Positions 49,747 through 56,758 of a DNA stretch of 64,000 bases are shown in pieces. The notes under the pieces are model-generated. The model made no database searches and had not been told where the DNA came from. It saw only the letters and a list, made by a program, of their open reading frames with translations. The translations under genes were made by a program, and so were the position numbers. Where the stretch lies: positions 5,550 through 69,549 of the forward strand of contig JBBQLB010000012.1 in assembly GCA_038327465.1 (NCBI GenBank), written 5' to 3'. Position 1 is the stretch's first letter, and each line of letters starts with the position of its first letter. This DNA comes from Sphingomonadales bacterium. Its GTDB lineage: Bacteria > Pseudomonadota > Alphaproteobacteria > Sphingomonadales > Sphingomonadaceae.

Positions 49747-50471
49747 GCGAAAGCGAAACCCTCACGATCGATCTCGATGGCTGGGAAGGCCCGCTCGACG
49801 TGCTGCTAGCGCTCGCGCGGAGCCAGAAGGTCGATCTCAAGGCGATTTCGATCCTGGCGCTGGTCGATCAATATCTGCACTTCATCGAACAGGCGCGCGC
49901 GATCAAGCTGGAGCTGGCGGCGGATTATCTCGTGATGGCGGCGTGGCTGGCCTATCTCAAATCGGGTCTGTTGCTGCCGCGTGACCCCGAGATCGAGCCG
50001 AGCCCCGAGGAATTGGCGCTGCGGCTACAGCTCCGGCTCGAACGGCTGAATGCGATGCGCGAGGCGGGCGCACGGCTGATCGCGCGCGACCGGGTGGGGC
50101 GCGACGTGTTCCAGCGTGGGAGCCCTGAGGGTCTGCGGACGCATCGCAAGGCGCTGTGGCAGGCCGAAATCTATGATCTGATTGCGGCGTATGGCGTCAT
50201 CACTGCGCGCACGCGACCGGTGATGCACGTCGTTGCGCAGCGTGCGGTGATGACGCTGGAGGCGGCGCTGGAGCGTGTTTCGCGCTTGCTCGGCACGGCG
50301 GTCGAGTGGGATTTGATTGAGAATTTCCTGCCCGCCTCGGCGACCGGTACCTTCCGCAAATCGGCGCTCGCCTCCAGCTTCGTTGCGGCGCTGGAGCTTG
50401 CGCGGCAAGGCAAGGTCGAATTGCGACAGAAATCGCCGTTCGCGCCGCTCTATCTTCGAGCGCCGGTTTGA
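49743..50471 (+). CDS. scpA: Segregation and condensation protein A
   Basis: WEGPLD.LL.L, AADYLVMAA.L..LKS..LLP, F.A.LELAR.G. Confidence 0.95.
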   Translation: MSESETLTIDLDGWEGPLDVLLALARSQKVDLKAISILALVDQYLHFIEQARAIKLELAADYLVMAAWLAYLKSGLLLPRDPEIEPSPEELALRLQLRLERLNAMREAGARLIARDRVGRDVFQRGSPEGLRTHRKALWQAEIYDLIAAYGVITARTRPVMHVVAQRAVMTLEAALERVSRLLGTAVEWDLIENFLPASATGTFRKSALASSFVAALELARQGKVELRQKSPFAPLYLRAPV

Positions 50472-51079
50472 GCGCGCCCGACGACGTCACCCGCGCGGTC
50501 GAAGCGGTGCTGTTCGCGGCGACCGAGCCGATGACTGCCGACGCTATTCGCACGCAGCTGAACGGCGCGGACGTGCGCGCGGCGCTGGTGGCGTTGCAGG
50601 CCGATTATGCCGGGCGCGGAATCGAACTGGTGAAACGCGGTGATCGCTGGCATTTTCAGACCGCCGCCGACATGGCGCATCTGCTGCGGCGCGAGCATGA
50701 AGAGGCACGCAAGCTAAGCCGCGCAGGGATCGAGACGCTGGCGATCATCGCTTATCACGAACCCGCAACGCGCGCCGAAATCGAAGCGATTCGCGGTGTC
50801 GGCATCTCCAAGGGCACTTTGGACGTCTTGATGGAAGCCGGATGGATTCGTCCGGCCGGACGGCGCGAGGTGCCGGGGCGGCCGCTCCTCTATGCGACGA
50901 CGCCCGAGTTCCTCGCGCATTTCGGGCTGGCCAGTCGGCGCGATCTGCCCGGAATCGACGATTTGCGGGCGGCCGGGCTGCTCGATCCGGTCGATCTCGC
51001 CTTCGAGCGGAGCGATTGGGACGGTGAGGGGGTCAATGGGGACGATGCGGAGGTGGAAACCTTCGACGAGACGCACTAG
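50468..51079 (+). CDS. scpB: SMC-Scp complex subunit ScpB
   Basis: VEAVLFA, LSRA..ETLAIIAY..P.TR.EIE.IRGV, GRP.LY.TT..FL.HFGL. Confidence 0.95.
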   Translation: MSAPDDVTRAVEAVLFAATEPMTADAIRTQLNGADVRAALVALQADYAGRGIELVKRGDRWHFQTAADMAHLLRREHEEARKLSRAGIETLAIIAYHEPATRAEIEAIRGVGISKGTLDVLMEAGWIRPAGRREVPGRPLLYATTPEFLAHFGLASRRDLPGIDDLRAAGLLDPVDLAFERSDWDGEGVNGDDAEVETFDETH

Positions 51080-51107
51080 ATAAGCGGAATCATCAGGAGA
51101 TTTCGTA

Positions 51108-51356
51108 ATGGGTACTTTCGGCCTGACGCATTGGCTCATTCTGGGCGTGGTGCTCGTTCTCGCGTTTGGCGGCGGACGTTTTTCAAGCATGATGGGCGAT
51201 GTCGCCAAGGGCATCAAATCCTTCAAAAAGGGGATGGCCGAGGACGACGAGCCCCGGAAGGACGTTGCGCGGGAACCCGGCAGGATCGACGCCAAGGCGG
51301 CGGCCGAGCCCGTGTTCGACCGCGACGGTAACCGTATCCGCGACCACGAACTCTGA
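51108..51356 (+). CDS. tatA: Twin-arginine translocase subunit TatA
   Basis: FGGGR…DVAKGIKSFKKGM; AGGAG SD. Confidence 0.95.
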   Translation: MGTFGLTHWLILGVVLVLAFGGGRFSSMMGDVAKGIKSFKKGMAEDDEPRKDVAREPGRIDAKAAAEPVFDRDGNRIRDHEL

Positions 51357-51375
51357 GTCCGGCCAAGGGACCGCC

Positions 51376-51765
51376 ATGTTCGACGTCGCATCCTCCGAGG
51401 TGATCCTGCTCGGGGTCGTGGCCTTGCTCGTGATCCCGCCCAAGGATTTGCCCAAGGCGATGCGCGTCGCCGGGCATTGGATCGGCAAGGTGCGCGGCGT
51501 CGCCAATCAGTTCCGGTCGGGCTTCGACACGATGCTGCGCGAATCCGAGCTGCAGGAAATGGAAAAGAAATGGGCGGCGGAAAACGCGCGGATCATGCGC
51601 GAGCATCCGCCCGAGCCCGTCCAGATGCTGCCGATGGCAGGCCCGCCTGCGGAAGCGCACGGGGCAGAGGATGCTCCGCCGGTGCTGGTCGAGCAGCCCG
51701 TGATCGCCGCCCCCGAAGTGGTCGACGCCGAACCGCCTAAATCCGCCACCGGTACGCACCCGTGA
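51376..51765 (+). CDS. tatB: Twin-arginine translocase subunit TatB
   Basis: MFDV.SSE…ALLVI.PKDLP; lies between tatA and tatC. Confidence 0.93.
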   Translation: MFDVASSEVILLGVVALLVIPPKDLPKAMRVAGHWIGKVRGVANQFRSGFDTMLRESELQEMEKKWAAENARIMREHPPEPVQMLPMAGPPAEAHGAEDAPPVLVEQPVIAAPEVVDAEPPKSATGTHP

Positions 51766-52541
51766 ACGCACCCGTCGATGACCTCGAGGCAAGCCGTGCG
51801 CCGCTGCTCGATCATTTGATCGAGCTACGCAAACGCCTGTTTTTCTGCATCGTATCGGTGTTCGTCACGCTGATCGGTACGTATTTCTATTCGCGCGAGA
51901 TTTTTACGGTGCTGGTCCATCCGCTGCTCGAGGCGGGGCAGAAGCGGATCGTGACGATCGGCGTGTTCGACGGGTTCTTCGTGCAATTGAAGGTCGCCTT
52001 GTTCGCTGCGTTGATGATTTCGTTCCCGGTCATCGCGAACCAGCTCTGGGGTTTCGTATCGCCCGGCCTGTACCGCAAGGAAAAGCGCGCTTTGCTGCCG
52101 TTTTTGTTCGCGACGCCGGTGCTATTCACCGTCGGCGCGCTGATGGCCTATTTCATCGCGATCCCCTCGGCGCTCAGGTTTTTCCTGAGCTTTCAGGGCA
52201 GCCTCGGCGGGGTCGAGCAGGAAGCGCTTACGTCGGTCGCGAGCTATCTCGATTTCGTGATGCAATTCCTGTTCGCATTCGGCATCGCCTTTCTGTTGCC
52301 GATTTTGCTGATGCTGGTCGAGCGCGCCGGGCTGGTGTCGCGCAAGCAGCTTGTCGCGGGACGGCGCTATGCGATCGTCGGGTGCTTTGCGGTTGCGCTC
52401 GTGCTGGCGCCGCCCGATGCGGGGTCGATGATCATCCTCGCGATCCCGCTGGTCGGGCTCTACGAGCTCGCGCTGATCGCGATCTGGTTCACCGAGCGTA
52501 AGCGGGTGAAGGACGAAGCGACCGATCTGGTCGAAAGCTAA
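51762..52541 (+). CDS. tatC: Twin-arginine translocase subunit TatC
   Basis: LLDHLIELRKRL, FVSPGLY..E, PPD..SM…PL..LYE. Confidence 0.96.
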   Translation: MNAPVDDLEASRAPLLDHLIELRKRLFFCIVSVFVTLIGTYFYSREIFTVLVHPLLEAGQKRIVTIGVFDGFFVQLKVALFAALMISFPVIANQLWGFVSPGLYRKEKRALLPFLFATPVLFTVGALMAYFIAIPSALRFFLSFQGSLGGVEQEALTSVASYLDFVMQFLFAFGIAFLLPILLMLVERAGLVSRKQLVAGRRYAIVGCFAVALVLAPPDAGSMIILAIPLVGLYELALIAIWFTERKRVKDEATDLVES

Positions 52542-52554
52542 CCTTCGCCCTGAT

Positions 52555-52653
52555 AAAAATTTGGACCCGGACGCGCCACCGGGGGGAGGGGTGGCGCGAC
52601 CGGGTCCATGTCTTGGATAGCGAGAGCGGGGGGGCATAAATTCGCTATCCGAA
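52555..52653 (-). ncRNA. Candidate sigma-EcfG-dependent small RNA with two C-rich loops (GsrN-like architecture)
   Basis: Promoter GGAAC-N16-CGTT at 52684-52660; hairpin 1 (9-bp stem, C7 loop); hairpin 2 (9+8-bp stem, CCCUCCCCCC loop) followed by AAUUUUU; no ORF. Confidence 0.65.
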
Positions 52654-52659
52654 GAGTAA

Positions 52660-52684
52660 AACGGTCTTTGTGATATCGGGTTCC
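52660..52684 (-). promoter_or_regulatory. Sigma-EcfG promoter (GGAAC-N16-CGTT)
   Basis: Minus strand reads GGAAC ccgatatcacaaagac CGTT, an exact consensus match. Confidence 0.8.
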
Positions 52685-52728
52685 AAAAAAAATGCGCGTT
52701 CGCACGATTTTTTTTAAAGCGTTTTAAA

Positions 52729-54315
52729 TCAATCGCGTCCGGTCACCGCGACGGAGATTTCGTAAGCGCCGATCAGCGGATCATAGTGTAGCTTCGAGCG
52801 GAGCTGACGCGACAGACCTTCGATCACGCGGCCATAACGTTCGGCCACAAGCGTGCGCATCCGGTCGTCGCCGATCAGCGTCAGCGACGTGACGCGCAGC
52901 ACCGCGCGCGCATCGCTCTCGTCCGGACCGACCGAAATGCGGATATTAGCGGTCGGGCTGACGGTCATCGCCAATTCGACGATTTCGGTGAGGAGAAAGG
53001 CGATGGCAATCGCGACGTCCTGATTGACCAGATATGGCTGGACGTCGAGCGCGATGCTGATCGGTGCATCATCGGCTGCGGTCGCGCGGAGATTCGAGGC
53101 GAGTTCGCCCAGCACCGAGCGCAGCGAGAGCCCGCGATGTTCCTCGAGTTCGGCAAAATGATTGCGATGCACCACTGCGAGCGCATCGACGCGTCGCTGG
53201 ATCGACGCATAAGCGTGGGTCGCCTCGACGCTGCGCGCGGCGCGCGCATGGAAATTGATCAGGCTGGAGATGACCTGAAGGTTGTTCTTCACGCGGTGAT
53301 GGACTTCGCGGGTCAATTTGGTCTGGCGTACCAGCCCTGCGGCCAACCCCGCCTCATGCGCGGCGACGGTACGGCTGATCGCGCGGAAGGTCTCGCCGAG
53401 ATCGCGGATTTCCATCGCGGGGAGCGAACGCATCGCGCCGGGATCGACCTCCTCACCCGGCACGAAATGCGCGACGCTGGTGCGCAATTCCCGCAGCGGG
53501 CGGATCAACAGGCGATCGACGACGAACCAGCCAATCCCGGCAGCGGCGGCCCACATGATGATCGGCAGGATCAGCGCGACCAGCACCGGCGAGGTGATCG
53601 GCACACTGCGCACCCGCGTCATCAATGTGATATCGCCTACGCCAATTGCGGTGCTGAGCGTCGCATGGCGCTCAAGCGGGCCGCTCGCCGGAAGCGCATT
53701 GAGCGACAGAAGGTCGTCGTCGAGCGCGAGCTTTGCCTCATAGGGTTGCGCGTAGGCGTTCGGCGTTGCGGTTGCGGCGAGCATGGCAGCGGGAAAAAAT
53801 GCCGCCGCGCGCGTCCGGCCGGTTGTGCTCGTCGTCGCGAGCGTCAGCCCGCGTCCGGGATACAGGCGCGCCGTGATCGGCCCGTCGGCGGTCGATGTGG
53901 CGGGCCAGGCCTCAACCGGCAACTCTTGCCCGCAGATGATTCTGGCCCGGACATCGGTAATGGAAAAGCGCGTGCCAGCTGCGGCTTGGGGTGCGAAGAC
54001 ACCTTGCGCGCGGGCGCAACTGGGCGCGTCGGCAGGGTCTTGTTCGAGCGCGTCAAGCGCAACGCGGAGCGCCGTCATGTCGCCGCCGAGCTCGATTGCA
54101 AGCTTGCGCGCGCTTTCGGTGGCAGTGACGCGCATCTGCGCGCGCATTGCATCATCCGCCATCGCGACCGTCCGCAATGTCGCGAAAAAGGCGATAATCG
54201 CGAGCGGCAACAGCGCCGCGCTCAGGATCAGAAAGACTTTGGCACCGGTTGGAATGCCGCCGAGCCGGGCGGATAGCCCACGTGCGGCGGGCGCATCGCC
54301 GATCATCTCGGCCAT
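52729..54315 (-). CDS. phyP: GSR-locus membrane HisKA_2-type protein with degenerate ATPase domain (PhyP-like phosphatase)
   Basis: Two TM helices, periplasmic domain, HAMP-like linker, H-box EVHHRVKNNLQ; N-box Asn and DxGxG absent; directly downstream of nepR. Confidence 0.75.
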   Translation of the reverse strand: MAEMIGDAPAARGLSARLGGIPTGAKVFLILSAALLPLAIIAFFATLRTVAMADDAMRAQMRVTATESARKLAIELGGDMTALRVALDALEQDPADAPSCARAQGVFAPQAAAGTRFSITDVRARIICGQELPVEAWPATSTADGPITARLYPGRGLTLATTSTTGRTRAAAFFPAAMLAATATPNAYAQPYEAKLALDDDLLSLNALPASGPLERHATLSTAIGVGDITLMTRVRSVPITSPVLVALILPIIMWAAAAGIGWFVVDRLLIRPLRELRTSVAHFVPGEEVDPGAMRSLPAMEIRDLGETFRAISRTVAAHEAGLAAGLVRQTKLTREVHHRVKNNLQVISSLINFHARAARSVEATHAYASIQRRVDALAVVHRNHFAELEEHRGLSLRSVLGELASNLRATAADDAPISIALDVQPYLVNQDVAIAIAFLLTEIVELAMTVSPTANIRISVGPDESDARAVLRVTSLTLIGDDRMRTLVAERYGRVIEGLSRQLRSKLHYDPLIGAYEISVAVTGRD

Positions 54316-54322
54316 CCGAGGA

Positions 54323-54499
54323 TTATTCGAGCTTGCCAAGAAGATCCAGCATTTCTGGCGGAATCGCTTCTTCGACGGTGCGTTGGTACACCGTGCGCAA
54401 CGCGGCGCCCATGTCGCGGTCCTTACCTTGAACCTTCGCGCCGGTGCCCTTGGTATTTGCCGTGCCTGGCTTTTTCGAAGAATCGTCGCCCGAACGCAA
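54323..54499 (-). CDS. nepR: Anti-sigma factor NepR
   Basis: MGAALRTVYQRTVEEAIPPEMLDLLGKL; probable TTG start at 54499 with AGGGGG SD (ORF is open to 54556). Confidence 0.9.
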   Translation of the reverse strand: MRSGDDSSKKPGTANTKGTGAKVQGKDRDMGAALRTVYQRTVEEAIPPEMLDLLGKLE

Positions 54500-54610
54500 T
54501 GCCGTCCCCCTGGATATCCGGTCATGCCGGATAGAGTTAATGTGCGACCGTAACAACCGTCATATCGGCAGCGATGCGCAGCGATTGCATCGGTCGCGAT
54601 TGGAGGATGA

Positions 54611-54659
54611 AACCAAATAGCGCTTCGATTGTTCCACGTCCGACGCGAAATAAAGTTCC
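54611..54659 (-). promoter_or_regulatory. Tandem EcfG-type promoter motifs upstream of nepR
   Basis: GGAAC-N16-GGTT (54635-54611) and GGAAC-N16-CGTG (54659-54635). Confidence 0.6.
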
Positions 54660-54749
54660 GGTGGTTTCGGGGCCATATACGCGTTGCATAAGCGGGGGGC
54701 CGCTTCCACAAGGTCCCCTAATTCATATCCAAGGGAGACCCCGACAGTC

Positions 54750-55556
54750 ATGTCGCTAGGACAGCAGCTTGCCCCCCATCTTCCCTTCCTCCGTCGCTAT
54801 GGCCGCGCCTTGACGGGCAGCCAAACGCATGGCGATCGCTATGTGCGCGCCACATTGGAAGCAATCGTCGCGGCACCGGACGAATTCCCCCGCGACGTCG
54901 ATCCGCGCCTGGGTCTGTACCGTACGTTTCATGCGATCTGGAGCTCGACCAACTATGACGAGACGCCCGAGAATATGAGCGTTGGTGAAGGCGATGGGCA
55001 GGAAGCAATTGCCCGCGCCCGGCTTGCGCGGATGACTCCGCTGTCGCGTCAGGCCTTGTTGCTCACCGCGATGGAAGGCTTCACACCTGAGGATGCCGGC
55101 TATCTGATCGATGTCGATGTCGCCGACGTCGAAGCGCTCGTCGCCGAGGCTTTGGCCGAAATCGAACAGCAGACGCGGGCGCGCGTGTTGATCATCGAGG
55201 ACGAGCCGATCATCGCGATGGACATCGAAACGATCGTCCGTGACCTCGGCCATGAAGTGACAGGCGTTGCCGTGACACGCGACGAAGCGGTCGCGCTGGC
55301 GATGGAGGATCGTCCAGGCTTGGTGCTCGCCGATATTCAGCTTGCCGATGACAGTTCGGGGATCGATGCGGTCAAGGATATCCTTGCCGAATTTGAAGTG
55401 CCCGTGATCTTCATCACCGCTTTCCCCGAGCGTCTGCTGACGGGCGAGCGGCCCGAGCCGACCTTCCTGATCACCAAGCCGTTCCAGCGTTCCACGGTTA
55501 AGGCCGCGATCGCGCAGGCTTTGTTCTTCGACCAGGCGACCGTTCCCGCCGCCTGA
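54750..55556 (+). CDS. phyR: Anti-anti-sigma response regulator PhyR
   Basis: N-terminal sigma-like domain (LPFLRRYGRALTGS), C-terminal receiver (IIEDE, LADIQL, FITA, TKPF). Confidence 0.97.
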   Translation: MSLGQQLAPHLPFLRRYGRALTGSQTHGDRYVRATLEAIVAAPDEFPRDVDPRLGLYRTFHAIWSSTNYDETPENMSVGEGDGQEAIARARLARMTPLSRQALLLTAMEGFTPEDAGYLIDVDVADVEALVAEALAEIEQQTRARVLIIEDEPIIAMDIETIVRDLGHEVTGVAVTRDEAVALAMEDRPGLVLADIQLADDSSGIDAVKDILAEFEVPVIFITAFPERLLTGERPEPTFLITKPFQRSTVKAAIAQALFFDQATVPAA

Positions 55557-55557
55557 G

Positions 55558-55582
55558 GGAACCCATTCGCGCCTCCGGGGTT
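55558..55582 (+). promoter_or_regulatory. EcfG-type promoter (GGAAC-N16-GGTT)
   Basis: GGAAC ccattcgcgcctccgg GGTT, 44 nt before the ATG of the 47-aa ORF. Confidence 0.6.
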
Positions 55583-55625
55583 TGGGTTCCATACGATACG
55601 GAACCACAACGAACCGGGGGCGCAC

Positions 55626-55769
55626 ATGGCCGACGAAGAGCGAATCGAAGTCACTGCCGAAGAAGCGCGCGGTGGCGAAACGCCGCATGTGACGCGCTAT
55701 GTTCTCGGCATTTCGCTGGCGCTGGTCGTGGTGATCTTCGCCGCCTTGCTGATATTTTTCCAACGCTGA
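55626..55769 (+). CDS. 47-aa single-pass membrane small protein (not in ORF track)
   Basis: MADEERIEVTAEEARGGETPHVTRYVLGISLALVVVIFAALLIFFQR; GGGGG SD; C-terminal TM helix. Confidence 0.75.
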   Translation: MADEERIEVTAEEARGGETPHVTRYVLGISLALVVVIFAALLIFFQR

Positions 55770-55848
55770 ACGCCGACATCGTCGGAACGGTGGATTTGAC
55801 CGTCCGCCAACCCCATTTCCCTTATGCACTTGTGCGAGACCCGATTTG

Positions 55849-56493
55849 ATGAGCGACGCAATCGATCACGATGAAGACGATGTTGCGCCCGAGGTCGTCG
55901 AGCATGTTTCGCTCTCCGACCCCGAGTTCAAAACGCAATTGGCGCAGGTGATTCCGCATCTCCGCGCGTTCGGTCGGTCGCTCTCGGGCAATCGTGATCT
56001 GGCCGACGATCTCGTGCAGGAAACGCTGATGAAGGCGTGGGCTGCGCGGCTGCGGTTTCAGGCTGGCACCAACATGCGCGCCTGGACCTTCATCATTCTG
56101 CGCAATCTGTATCTCAGCCAGATGCGCCGCGCGCGCTTCAAGGGTGAGTGGGACGATCTGGTCGCCGACCGGATCCTCGCCGCGCCAGCCAGTCAGGACA
56201 AGCATGTCGAATTGGGCGACATGCAGCGCGCGCTGCTGCATTTGCCGCAGCCGCAGCGCGAGGCGCTGATTCTGGTCGGCGCCGGTGGCTTTGCGTATGA
56301 AGAGGCAGCGGAAATCTGCGGCGTCGCGGTCGGCACGATCAAGAGCCGTGTGGCGCGCGGCAGAGTCGCGCTGGAAGCGGTGATGAGCGACAATACGCTC
56401 GCCTCGCGCCGGACGCACAGCAATGCGCCGGGAATGTCTGCGCTCGATACGATCATGGGCGAAGTCGACGAGCTGAGCCGCAATCGCGGGTGA
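55849..56493 (+). CDS. ecfG: General stress response ECF sigma factor EcfG
   Basis: PHLRAFGRSLSG..D.ADDLVQETL.KAW, GTNM.AW.F.ILRN, GT.KSRV.R; adjacent to phyR/nepR. Confidence 0.95.
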   Translation: MSDAIDHDEDDVAPEVVEHVSLSDPEFKTQLAQVIPHLRAFGRSLSGNRDLADDLVQETLMKAWAARLRFQAGTNMRAWTFIILRNLYLSQMRRARFKGEWDDLVADRILAAPASQDKHVELGDMQRALLHLPQPQREALILVGAGGFAYEEAAEICGVAVGTIKSRVARGRVALEAVMSDNTLASRRTHSNAPGMSALDTIMGEVDELSRNRG

Positions 56494-56685
56494 TCAGCTT
56501 TCGGTTGGGTTGGCTGCGATCCGGTCGAGTTGATAGATTAGGTCCGCAAACTGGTCATAGGCGGTTGATTCCGACGGGTACGCAGCGCGGAGCGTGCCCG
56601 ACAAGATATCGGCGACCTGCGGTGCGACCACAATATAGTCACCAGTGCTGGCTGTTTGGGAAAACGGGGCGATACGAATTGACAT
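56494..56685 (-). CDS. Small NepR-like protein (candidate second anti-sigma/feedback regulator)
   Basis: DILSGTLRAAYP…DQFADLIYQLD resembles the NepR core; GCAAC-N16-CGTT motif ends 8 nt before the ATG. Confidence 0.55.
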   Translation of the reverse strand: MSIRIAPFSQTASTGDYIVVAPQVADILSGTLRAAYPSESTAYDQFADLIYQLDRIAANPTES

Positions 56686-56758
56686 GAACCAACAACGGTC
56701 GAACGGTCTCTTTGTTGCCTATGGAGTGACCCGCATTGGCCAAAAATCGTAGTATCCG

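Noticed and set aside
52729-54711. ORF-track 660-aa version of the kinase gene overlapping nepR (and similar upstream extensions of aat, rsmH, dgt, tatB, SPOR genes)
   Set aside because: The extensions overlap real neighbouring genes or lack SD and domain content; downstream starts fit better.
55784-55808. GGAAC upstream of ecfG as an EcfG promoter
   Set aside because: No CGTT/GGTT-like -10 at 16-17 nt spacing (reads CGCC).
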